DNA from: the human T2T-CHM13v2.0 reference genome, Homo sapiens
DNA length: 64,000 nt
Assembly (NCBI RefSeq): GCF_009914755.1
Contig: NC_060926.1
Direction: 5' to 3' (one strand)
Positions 13,498 to 28,840 of the stretch are shown in pieces. The notes below the pieces were generated by a model, which was not told the origin of the DNA, did not search any database, and worked only from the letters and a program-made list of their open reading frames with translations. Each line of letters opens with the position of its first letter. Position 1 is the first letter of the stretch. The position numbers and the translations under genes are program-made.

Positions 13498-14644
13498 AGG
13501 TCAAAGTCTTAAACATTGACATTAGGTATACAAATGGCAACCAACGTACCCGACGGCACGTGCATTTTTAACACAACCTGAACTCATTGGGACTGTGGTC
13601 CCCTTTCAACCTGGGCCTTTAATAACTGTGTTCTCAGGGCGGGAATCTGGTCCAGGACAGGATATTTCTTGAAAGTCTGCTCACACAGTGCCTCAGAAGC
13701 AAGTGGGAGTGTCCCCCTAAGCCATGAACTGTGCATCCTCAGCTTTAACCTCCTTTTGGAAGAAATCACCCCTGTAACCGTCTGGTGAGGTGTCATTCAT
13801 CGCCAGAGTCTGAGGGCCACCCAATGACATAATTTTAACTTTAAAACAACTTTTTCATGCTGCTGGACAAAGCCTATTCTTCCTATTCATAAAAGCAAGT
13901 CCCTGATTGTACTAAATCGGCTCTCATCTATCCTTAGTTTTTGCAAAGCACACACTGACCTGTATGAAGAACCCAGAAAGATGCTGACCTGTGCATTTGA
14001 AGCAAAGGGAGGTATGTGTGACACTGTCACACCTCTGTGGACAACTCCCAGTGATGTCACTGAGCATGGCTCACAGAGAGTGGACTTGTGGCCCACTGAC
14101 TTGAAGGTGGAGACGGCCCCTCATGGCTTAATTGCACACAGCACATGGGCACTTGTACGTAGGCAATGAAAACGCACATGCTCTGATCTGCACTCCAGCC
14201 AAGGGCAGCGGCACATGTGTGCGCTGTGGCTCCACGGGGGCAGGCAGAGCAGCGTGCTGGGTGGCAGAGGACCTGGTGCCCAGCCCCAGCTCTGCACACA
14301 GGGGTTGTGTGACTTTAGCTGAGTTGTCTCCCTATCTGAACCCTACATTTCCCATCTATAAAATGGGAAGTCAGGGCAACTGATCAGATGAGGTGTAAGG
14401 GTCCTTACGACACTGACTTTCTCCAGATGTAAAGGTGAGGCACTGGGAAGAGAAGGGATCTGCCCAGGGAGGGGCGTGGCCATGCTGTGCGGGAGCTCTC
14501 ACCTCCAGATTGCAAGTGCAGCTGAACTTTTGGCACTTTGCAAACGCCAGCTTCATGACCATCTACATGAAGGAGTAAACTGGTAACAGACGAGCTAGGT
14601 GCCAGCAATCTTGGCCAGGGAGAGTCTTTCTCTTCTGAAAAGAG

Positions 14645-14790
14645 ATTAGGTTTTGAGGCAGATAAACTTGGGTTCAAATCCCAGCTTCTCCATTGGACAG
14701 TTGCGTGACCTTGGACAAAGCAAACTTCTCTGTGCCTCAGTTTCTTCATGTGTAAAATGAGGATAATTGTACCTGTTCTATTGGGTTGCT
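14645..14790 (+). mobile_element. MIR
   Basis: GGGTTCAAATCCCAGC...TGACCTTGGACAA...CTCTGTGCCTCAGTTTCTTCATGTGTAAAATGAGGATAAT. Confidence 0.85.
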
Positions 14791-14858
14791 ACTTCTTTGC
14801 TTTTTTCATTTCTCCTTTTAACTAATATAAAATAATAACAACAATAATAATAGGCTGG

Positions 14859-15338
<480 letters not shown>

Positions 15339-15424
15339 TCATCAGAGTTGATATCCAGGTGTTAGGGCCATGCCAGTTGTTTAAATATCAAAATAATTCT
15401 GCAGCCCTCCGCATCCCTTGAGAC

Positions 15425-15498
15425 CCTCCCTGCTTCCTTCCCTCCCTCCCTCCCTTCCTCCCTCCCGTCCTCCCTCCCTCCCTCCCTCCCTCCCTCCC
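15425..15498. repeat. (CCCT)n simple repeat
   Basis: Direct inspection. Confidence 0.9.
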
Positions 15499-15589
15499 TA
15501 TAATTCAGTAACTAAAGGGCTGCTCCCTGCTTTTCAGGGGGCCTGTGGGACTCAGCATTGGCCAGTGTCTCTGTGGTACCAGTTATTAA

Positions 15590-15822
15590 TTTTTCTTTAA
15601 TTAATAGACTTTTTAATTTTGGAGCATTTTTAAGTTTCAGAAAAATTGAGCAGAACATTCAGAGTATATACTCTCCTACCCCAATTTCCTCACTGTTTAC
15701 ACCTTGATCAGTATGGTACATTTGTTACAATTGATGAGCCAATATTGAAATACCAATACATTATTATTAACTAAAGTCCACAGTTGACATTAGAGTTCAC
15801 TTTCTGCGTCACACAATTGTTA
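15590..15822 (-). mobile_element. L1MC 3'-end fragment
   Basis: GGTACATTTGTTACAATTGATGAGCCAATATTGA...CATTATTATTAACTAAAGTCCA. Confidence 0.8.
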
Positions 15823-15823
15823 A

Positions 15824-16102
<279 letters not shown>

Positions 16103-16509
16103 TAACTGTCTTTAATATTGCCCTGTTGTTGATGATGGCTCACGCTGCCTGAGTGGCTGTGTGCCGACATCCACTGCGGTAGGTGCTTTCCCACTTTGTC
16201 ATTGCATCCCCATGTTTTATTTTATTTTATTTTGACATGATCATTAAACAGCATCATATGTTTTATTTTAATAGTAAGAGAATATGAACATTTTGCTCGG
16301 TTGACAAATCTGCTGCCCTGGAATGGACAGTCTTAGATTAACGTAAGAATCACCTAGGGAGCTTTTTAAAATGTGCCAATGCTCAGGCTCACCCAGACGA
16401 AGAAAACAGAAATGCTTCGGGGGCTGGAGCCCAGACGCTACTCCTATAGCCCTCGAGGTGACCCGAACCTGGTGCCTGGGATGAAGGCTGCGAGACCCAG
16501 GCCTGGGTC

Positions 16510-17258
<749 letters not shown>

Positions 17259-17806
17259 CTGAAGCAGCATCCTCGGCTTGGAGGTTATAGGCTCCCATGG
17301 GAACATGATATGTGACACCCTGTGAACTCTTCCCAGGATTTCCAAGCCTTCCCATGCCTTGGAGCCCATCTGCATGACAGGCAAAGGGCCCTCACTCTAG
17401 ACCTGTATGTTTTGACCAGGATTGTTAATTGACCAGGATTTACGTGAAAAAAATATGCATGTGCTGTAATATCATCCTCGTATCCCACTATATGTGTAGG
17501 TACACAGAAGATTTTACTTTGATTTTATTTGACTCCTTGTGAGTTCACCACCATGCTTGGATGGGGAAGGGTACTATTCTGAGGTGGTAGTGGGTTTAAG
17601 CATTTGCATACTCTATCATTAATTTTATCATAAATAAAACAGTAATAAAGCCCTGGAAGAACCTGTACCCCAAAGCCATCTGCCTACGCATTCTGTGTTT
17701 ACTTAGTTATTTGGCATTTACCTAGTGCGTTCCAATTTACAGAATGCTGGCATGTGTTTATCTTCTTTAACCCTTGTAACAACTTTGTGAAGCAGGAGCT
17801 ATTTCA

Positions 17807-18098
<292 letters not shown>

Positions 18099-19358
18099 GA
18101 GAACTGTTTCAAAGACAAAGACAAGGAGATGAAAGCTCAAGGAGGCTTTATATGTCTATTGAAATAGCAAGGCAGGAATCCAGGCCTTCTAGTGCTAGGC
18201 GATGGCAAATATACTTCTCTAGATCCAAAACTAGAGAAACAGGCGGGCGATGCTCAGTGAATGGCTACAGATTGAACAAACTGAGGGGAGTGAAAAGTCA
18301 CTCTCTGGTTCCTCGCCTCCTAAGTTCTGGAAAGTTCTTTCAATGGCATTAGCAGAAATGACCAGCCACCAAGACATTTTCTGCCTCCAATGACACCCAA
18401 CAGTGACTCCTTTCAAGTATGTTGGCCAACTTGCAGACTGGACTCCAGTGTGCTGGGCATTGTGAAGGGGTTCACTGCACCCCTCCCTACCCCATTCCTC
18501 CAGGCCAAGGGCCAGAGGGGGCCCCACAGGCTGACGGTCACCAGATTCAAGACTCTGGTGCCGCAGGAGGCTGCTCAAGGGCCCCAAGGCATCTTTTGCC
18601 CTCAGCACCAACGCTGGCCCCCCAGATGGCCTTGGCACATGCTGCAGTCGTAGGAGAGAGAACCGACAGCAGGGGTCTCCTAGAGTCATCTGGGCGGGTG
18701 TAGCTCTCAGGGCCAGAAGGACCCGTGTGAGAGGTAGGGTGAGAGCAGGTAAGGTCTTTGGTGCCTTCGGTAATCTAGACGCATCTGTACCCACAGGCTG
18801 CCGAGGTCACATGAAGCAAGGGTCCCGTTTGTATTCTAGGACCATCATTTTCAATTATTTTTCATGACAAGTGTGTACTGTTTCAAACACATGAGCTGAC
18901 TTGGTTTCATGGGCTATTTGGGGCCAGCATTTGCCTTTCATCACAGTGTTGCTGGGGTAAAATACGTCTCACATTTCAAATGACTGACTTGCAAGCAACA
19001 TCTTAGAATACAGCCCACCTTTCTTAGTTCTAGAAGTGGGGTGCTGCGGGGTGCCCCGGGGGAGGGGAGGGAAAAGCAGCAGAGGGGCTGCCACCATTGC
19101 GGTAACTCTGCCTGTCTCCTGGAAGCAGCGGGACGGGCACCACTTCCATCCAGCAGATGTCAGCGCCATAGCCTATAGCTGGTGGAGGAGTCCGCCCGGT
19201 TCACTTCTGTTGCTGGCCGAGTCCCACTTCACTGAGAGTGTCTGTGCCGTTAACCAGAAGGAACACTGGGCGGGAGGGGCGGGTCTTGTCCAGTGCTGTG
19301 TCCTCACCTTGCCTGGTGCAGGGCACGCCTCACGTGCCGGGATGGACAATGTGTGTGA

Positions 19359-20490
<1,132 letters not shown>

Positions 20491-22674
20491 TAAATGTTAT
20501 TTTCTAAAATGAGAAGAAACAGCTTTGCCTTAAAGAATGAGCCCACCCCTCTGTTCACCCCCATCACTGGAGAGGGGAGGCCCGGCCCTGTCGGATGTGC
20601 TTTGCTGTATTTGGGGCCATTTTTGTAATGTGGCTTGTATTCAGTCCTTCACATTGGATTCTACGGGCCTCATACACACAGGTGTGTGCACACACACACA
20701 AACACACCATCCTCATTCTTTTACAGTTGCCCTCTGTGATGGTCTTAAAACTTCTAGGAGGACCCCTGGCAGTGAAGAAGTCTAATTCCCATTTGTGGAG
20801 GGATTCCATGCTCCATTGTGGGACATCCTCAAGGTTGTCTAGACACATGGACTTGGCAAATATTTATGCAATTCCGCTGCTGTTGAAATAAGAAAGGCCT
20901 GTCTAGGAAGGCAGACAGCCCAAGAAAGGGGAGGACAGGCCCTCGGGGCCAGATTTGGGTGGGATTGGCCAAGGCCAGGCTCAGAAATTCCACCTGGTCA
21001 GGGTCTGAGGGACTGGCTCAGACCAACCCAGATCAGGAGGCTGAGAGGACAGCAGACTGATGGGGTGAGGGGGCCCAAGACCAGGGGAGGCCTTGTGCAC
21101 TCTGGAGCACCAGGTTGGTGGCCAGCCCCTGGCTCCTGGTGGCAGGGCCATCTGCCTGGTAGAAGTACCCAGAAGTCTGCAGCGGTAGCGGCATGTACCT
21201 TTTCCCCCTATGGGGCAAGGTCACCTGGAGAGGGGGCTGGACAGGCCACCTCTGGGCAAAGTTAGCACATGGGACATGCTTTCCCTGTCGTGCCCACAGT
21301 CCAGTGAGGGGAAGGAAAGGGCTGAGGGCTTGTCCTGCAGGCAGTGTCCCAGACAACCAGTCTAAGAGGCCTGGTGGCCGGGCTGGCTCCAACACCCCCA
21401 GCTAATGTCATTTCAGGGCTGAGCTGCAGGCAGTATGTGGGGGCCTGTGCTCCAGGCCCCAGTGCTAGGGGCGCATTCTTAGGGCCTGAAAGGAAGAGCG
21501 GATGGAGGAGCATGAAAGAACACAGGAGCCTGCAGGTGAGCTGGCGTCCAAGAACCTGTTCGAACTGAAATGTGCTTGTGCCGCCATTCCCATTTTTAAA
21601 GAGAGAATCCAACAGAAAAATGTGTTGATTCCTTTCAGATTTGCCATGCCTGAGAAACACCGTTCATTCAGGCCATGGGACTGCACCCAAGTTCTTGCCC
21701 CTCTCTCAGCGGCACTGGGAAGGGACACTTCATTCCCCAAGGCTGCGCTTGCAATGCTAACGCTGTCAGGGGCAGAAGAGAATCCTGGGAGATCCAGGCT
21801 TGCAGGCTTGGAGGCAGGAAGCACCTTAAAGTTCAACACTCCACTTTAGCAGGATCTGAAAGAGACAAGCATGACATATCCACAGTGGGGTAACCCCAGC
21901 TAATCCTCTGTCTCTCCGAGCTGTCACATAGCAGGAGCAGCTGTAGTGACTGCTCTTGGGTGTTGTCATGACCTGGGTGAAGGAGAGCCGCAGTCCCAGC
22001 CAGGATTTTGGCAAAAGCAACAGAGGAAAGAATTGGATAGCACTGGTGCTCCTCAGTCGGCTCTGCTAGGACAGAATGCAGGCAGCTGGCGGGACAGGAA
22101 TGGCAGAGCAGATGGGGACCCTGATGGAGCCCTTGCCACGTGTGGGGCTCTGTGCAGTGGGATTTCGTGTTCGTTAACTCATTTGATCCTTGCCACAGCT
22201 CCTTTTACTAATGAGGAAACTGAGGCAGGGAGAGGTTGGAACTTGCCCAAGATTAACCACAATGGGTACAGAACCAGAGTTCAAATCCAGGCTTGTCTGA
22301 CTTCAACAGTCATGTCGGAGGAAAGAGCAAAGCATCCGGAGCCGCTTCAGTGTCTCCAGGTCAAGGGAAGGAGCTTTGCTGGTGGTGGTGAGGCTGTTGA
22401 GTAAGACAAGGAGAGCCATCAGCAAGGGGTCTCTCAGGGGCAACTGTGCCCCGTTCTGGAACCGCGCACACTCTCCTAGGAGAGTCGCCTATTAATCCAT
22501 GCACCCAACAACAGAAACTATTAGCTCAGCCTGGCTCACGGTTAAAATGGAAGCCCTTCACTCACTTACCAACGTCCTCTGGAAATGCCATTGTAGGATT
22601 AATAAGCCTTCCTGCAACACAACCGGGTACCAGGTGTCAGCTGGCTGAGTGACAAGAGCATCAACTTCAAGCCA

Positions 22675-22875
22675 GAACATGGTTGGAATCCTAGTTCTCC
22701 TGTGTGACCCCGAATATGCCACTTCACTTTCAGAGCCTCCATTTTCCTCATCTGTAAAATGGGGATAACAACAGTCACTCATAGGGTTGTCTTAAGAATG
22801 TATTTCGAGGAGACAGCACAGGCAAAAAAAAGCCACGAGCCCCGTGCTCGGCACACAGCAGATGCTTGGTTGAGT
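22675..22875 (+). mobile_element. MIR
   Basis: TGTGTGACCC...CTCCATTTTCCTCATCTGTAAAATGGGGATAA...CATAGGGTTGT. Confidence 0.8.
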
Positions 22876-23154
22876 CCAAGTATGAGGGAAGTGAGAGTTT
22901 TCCAAGCGAGAGGGTTGAGGAGCAGAAGCATTCTGACCTGAGAAATGGGTGTGCAGGCTTTGCTCAGCTCACATGAAGTTAAGCCAGTACCAGGGTGAAA
23001 CTTCTGAGTCAGCTCGGATAACTCCCCATAACGCCTGTAAGCCGTACAACATGTATTTAACACAGACGCTGCAACTGATTGAGGTCTCCCTGTCAATCAC
23101 GTCCTGGGGCGGGGCGGGGAAACCAGCAGGGCGGCCACCGTGGGGCCAAGCCAG

Positions 23155-23378
23155 GCCTGAGACAGTCGACTTGCGGTCTTGTTCAGACTTAGCTACTAAC
23201 TGCTTTGGGGCCTTCGGCAAATTACTTAACTTCTCAGTGTCTCACTCCCCTTATCTGTAAAATGGGCATAATAATATTTACCTACCTCAGGGGGCTTGTT
23301 GCAAGAATTAATTAAAGTTTATGAAGTGCTTTGAGATTCCCAGATAAAAGGCCCTGCAAAAGTACAAAGGATTATTAT
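23155..23378 (+). mobile_element. Ancient CORE-SINE, MIR1_Amn-like
   Basis: CORE (ATCTGTAAAATGGGCATAATAATATTTACCTACCTCA) followed by the tail AATTAATTAAAGTTTATGAAGTGCTTTGAGATTCCCAGATAAAAGGCCCTGCAAAAGTACAAAGGATTATTAT. Confidence 0.7.
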
Positions 23379-24248
23379 CACAAGCCAGTAAGCTATAAAA
23401 CATAATTTCACAGGAAAAGGCAAAATTTTAATTTCTATACAAGCAGAAACAGAGGCAGATATAGTCATAGAAAGTTTTTTTTAAGTCTAGAAGATAATTT
23501 ACATAATTTTTAAAAATTATAACATATTTTCTCCTTGCCAATAATCAATGCAGCTTGATAATTACAGATTTCAGTGGTAGGCCAGCAAAGGATCATAACG
23601 TGTCTCTTTGTGCCAGGCCTGCGTTAGGGACTCTCCTTGAGTTAGCCCTTGGAGTCCCACAGCAGCCCTGGGAGGCAAGTATCAGCACCCCAGCATCATG
23701 CGAGGGGAGAGAAAGGCCAGCCCTGGAACCTTGGAGGAGCTCTAGAGCTTTCCAGCTCTGAGGAATGCTTGGTGACCTTCTAATTCCCCTTGGCAGGGCA
23801 TCTTTAAGCAGATTTGAGTTGTAACCACAAGGGGTAACCTAGAGAAAGGCTGGATCAGGCTGTTTGAAAGGAAAAATGAGCTGCTGCTATCTGCATTCTA
23901 GTTCATGTTTGAACACCTGTCTCCCCAAGAAAGCCCCCCTTCCTCCATCTCTAGGCTTCTTTCTTCACAAGAAAAAAGGAAAGATCGTCTCCATCTGCCT
24001 GTGAACTATGTAGGGAGACTCAATTACCTTCTTTAAAAAATATTAATAGATGATAGATATCTATCTATCTATTTAGATAGATGGAGCTTTAAAGATGAGA
24101 AGCCCTTTATATGGGAAGTTTTGTATGGCTGGTCCCTTTCATGTCCCCTGGAAGCCTTTCCACAGGTTTAATTAGGTGCCAGGGATGGGTAGAGCAAGCC
24201 CATACCTTTAGGATGGTTCTAAGGGGGACAGAGAGGCAGCGTGAGTGA

Positions 24249-24665
<417 letters not shown>

Positions 24666-25402
24666 CAAAAAATGATTTGTATTATTCTTTTGTATATTAG
24701 ATGGACAGAGAAATGGAAGAATACAGGGTGGGCAGAATAGTCTATAATTTCCCAGCTTGTCTGAAAAATTTCAAAAGTACATTTAGATTAGAAAATTATA
24801 ACATGAAATGAATGGGCACCAATGGGTAAGTAAAAGGCATCTTTGTCTGGCTCATTCTGGGATCCATGTATCTGGGGAGAGGCTCCTGCTCTACTGGGGA
24901 CGTGCAGAGGCAAACCTGAAAGTGGGGTCCTCAGAGAGCAGATGCCTGAAGCAAGCGCGGGGGTCCCAGCCCACCTGAGTTGCTTCCTCTGAGCTACAGA
25001 AGCTAAAGAGCCAGTAGCCCCAGTCACTTTTCTCCATGTGGAAGACATTGGTTCAGATCTCAGTTTTGCCACTTGCTGTCTGTGACTGCAGGATTTTTAA
25101 AATTTATCTTCTTATCTGGAAAACAAGAACCTCCCCCCAGGGTGTCCTGAGGACTCATGGGTCAGTGCTTAGCCAGCCTCCCAGGTGTGGAAATCCCCAG
25201 CCCCGGGAGGACCTGCCTCACCTCTGCTTGGGGCCAGCACCTTGCCGTGTGCTTTTTCTGTCTTATTTCATGAATTCTTCACTGTGAGATAGGAGATAAA
25301 ATGTCAAGATCTTAATTTGACCTTCAACTTTGAAGAAATACTTTTCTACTAAATTCCCTTTTTATGAAAAAAGAGAGAAAGATAAAATCTGTAACAGGAT
25401 AG

Positions 25403-25809
<407 letters not shown>

Positions 25810-26109
25810 GCAACAAAGAGCCTTGAGCGGCTCCAACATCTCCCACCAGTGCCGGCATTCCTGGGCAGGTGACAAAGAGCCAGGGAGGGACAAACAGCCT
25901 GAGACCAGGCCAGCGGGGTTGTGAACTTCCCCCCCAGTACGGGCACCCAGAGTTGGTGCCGCGCTCCACACCCACAACCTCTGCAGGGACAGGCCACCCG
26001 GAGCTGCTGACACAGATGTGCCAGAGAGAGGGAACCCGTGTTCCTCGACTCCAGGAATATGAGGATCAAAATAACCACATTTTAGCATCGGAAAGGGCTT
26101 TAAACATTT

Positions 26110-26228
26110 TTAATTTCTTATTTTTGGAGAGATGGAGTCTCACCATGTTGCCTAGGCTGGTCTTGAACTCCTGAGCTCAGGGCTTCCCAAAGTGCTGGGA
26201 TTACAGACGTGAGCCACCGCACCCGGCC
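26110..26228 (-). mobile_element. Alu left-arm/FLAM fragment with an internal deletion
   Basis: GTCTCACCATGTTGCCTAGGCTGG...GAGCCACCGCACCCGGCC. Confidence 0.8.
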
Positions 26229-28291
26229 TGGAAGGGCTTTTGAGATGGTATCATTTTACAGAAGAGAAAAACGGTCTCGGAGAGGCCTAAGTGCTTTCTT
26301 AAGAGGGTACCGAAGCCGAGGACTGGCTTGCTCCCTGGGCCTGGCTGCTCAAGGTCCTTTCCCACTGGCTCTGCTTTTGATGGCCCCCCAGACCCTCCGT
26401 TTTTTCTTCTGCAAAACCAGTGTTGACCAGAAGCCAAAGTGATCATCAGCATAGAAATCCTGGCTGAGGAGCCTCTCAGGAGGCCACAGAGGAGGATCCC
26501 TCAACTGAGGGAGAGGGAAAGGCAGCCGCCTGGTGGGGCCAGAGGGCAGGGCCTCTCCTCTTTGGGGTCTGTGTTGGGAGGAAGGGGTTCCCCAGGAGAG
26601 TGCATGATCTTTCTTCCACCCTCTTGCTTCCCATGCGCTGGCCTTCGGCTGACTGGTCTTCTACCTTTATGCAGCTGCGTCCTAAATATGCCACATCAGA
26701 AGGAACAGGGGCTGCCGTTTGGATCTCCGTTGTGTGCAGGAAGTGCGCCTGTCCCACTGTCACGCAACCTCTCCCAGTCCTGCAATGACATCTGTAGAAC
26801 GGAGTCCCTCTTCCACAGAGGGGGACCCAGAGGCTCACGGCGGTCGGGCGGCTCACCCAAGGCCACACAGTAAGGCCTCGGCGGTCTCCTGGCTCCACAC
26901 TCACGGTCTCCCCACACCCACTCTCGGCAGCCCCTCTGGGGAGTGCCTAGAGGTTCCGTCACCTCTGCGTGGGGGCTGGGGGTCCAGCGGGAACTGTGTG
27001 CCAGCCACTGGACGCTTGTCTGTGAAGGGGGCTGATGGACCTAAGGGCTGCTCAGGGCATTTCTAGCTCTCATTCTCAGGGCTGGCCACGGGGGAGGGGG
27101 GGCTGTGTGAGGTCCCCAGGGAACCCTACCCCCGGCCCAGGGCGGGGAGGGCTGCACACATGTGGCTCAGCCAGCAGCCTTGGAAAGACCTGTCCTCCCC
27201 GTGGACCTGGAGACCAGGGTTCATCCGAGCACAGTGGCAGGAGGCCTGGGCCGGGCCTGAGGCCTCGTAGACCCCAGGCGTGCTGTGCGCAGTGGACAGG
27301 ATGAGTCTCGATGGGCCTCGGGGTTCTCACTGCCGCAAGGAGAGGGCTGTGGGTGCTTGATTTCAGAAAAGACAAAAATCTCCGCATTTGGGCACGAAAG
27401 AGACCGCCGAGATCTCCAGTGCTGCCGCTGGTTTCGTTTGGAAGAACATTTTCTTGCTTAAAAAGCAACCCCATGTCTGAACATGCCTGTCCCTTCATGC
27501 TGATATACTCGGTTCTGGAAGCCGAGGGTCGCCGATCTGGTGCGCAGTTAACAGACCTACACCCAGCTTGTGCCGGTCTAACAAGCCACGCCAGAGGGGA
27601 AGCTGCCCGGGGCCTCCCAGGGCTCCTCCCTGAAGGAATTGTACTCACGTTCCCATCCCAGCCTTCTGGGCTTTGGCCTCGCCACACCGACTGAGCCACA
27701 GTTAATAATTCCATAGCATCTGTGAACCTAAGGACTCGTTTAATCCTCCCGAGACCTTGTGAGGGGAGGCTTGTTAATCCTGTTTCCTCAGGCGAGCGGG
27801 ATGCTGAATGACCAGCCCTGGACATGCTGGGCAATGGTAGGGCTGGAGGTTGGGTCTGGCTTGACTGGCCCCAAGGGTCACACTGTTGCCCTGAGCCCAG
27901 GCACCTGTGAGAGAGCATGGCAGCCTCTGGCTCTTTCTAAGTGGGCAAGACAGGCTTTGAATGAACTGAATTATGCCAACCGTTGAAGGGCTTGGTAGCA
28001 GGTTAGACTCTCATACCCTGGGAAGGCCCTCCTCCTGAAGGGAGAAGCGCAGACACAGTACCGTAGCTGCCATGTGCAAGCCCTACTGTGTGGGGGCACC
28101 ACCCACGTGATTTCATGGACTGCCCGCTGTAGAAATGGGATTGGCACTCTTCATACTTTGTGGTGGAGATGCCGAGGCTCTGAGAGATGAAATGGCCTTT
28201 GTGAGTGACATAGCCTGGATTCAAAGCCCGGGAGACACAACTCAAAATGGGCTGGGATACTGCAAATTAGTCACTAAGAATTGGAATTTAA

Positions 28292-28508
28292 GGCTGGGCT
28301 CGGTGGCTCATGCTTGCAATCCCAGCACTTTGGGAGATCGAGGCGGGTGGATCTTCTGAGGTCAGGAGTTCGAGACCAGCCTGGCAACCCTGTCTCTACT
28401 AAAAATGCTAAATAGGCGGAGGCTACAGTGAGCCGCTTTCATGCCACTGCACTCCAGCCTGGGCAGCAGAGTGAAACTCCCGCTCAAAAAAAAAAAAAAA
28501 AAAAAAAG
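28292..28508 (+). mobile_element. AluS with part of the right arm deleted
   Basis: The linker joins directly to AGGCGGAGGCTACAGTGAGCC; poly-A and TSD-like AAGAATTG are present. Confidence 0.85.
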
Positions 28509-28654
28509 AATTGCAGTTTTTAAATCTCCCTCTTATCACTACAGGGTGGGAAAGAGACAGGTGCTGGCCGGAGAAGGGAAACCTTTTCTGAATTGAAGCT
28601 ATTGGTACCATGTTTTGTTCAGACCCAAAAAAAGACAAGTTGTTGGTCTAGCCT

Positions 28655-28835
28655 AGTAGTTCTCAACTGGGGTGATCTGGCAATGTCTGAGGATCTTTTT
28701 GGTTGTCATGGTGGGGAGAAGGTGTGCGCTCCTGCGTCTGGTGGGTGGAGGCCAGGGCTGCTGCCACACGTCTCATAAGGTGAGGACAGGCCCCACAGCA
28801 AGGAACAATCCAGCCCACGGTGTCAACAGTGCTAA
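28655..28835 (+). mobile_element. MER20 DNA transposon
   Basis: GTTCTCAACTGGGGTGAT...GGCAATGTCTG...TTTTTGGTTGTCA...GAGGCCAGGG...AGGACAGGCCCCACAGCAAGGAA...TGTCAACAGTGCT. Confidence 0.85.
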
Positions 28836-28840
28836 ACAGT

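Noticed and set aside
27076-27918. Longest ORF (280 aa, minus strand)
   Set aside because: No recognisable domain, partly MIR-derived, GC-rich stop-poor DNA, no supporting exon structure.
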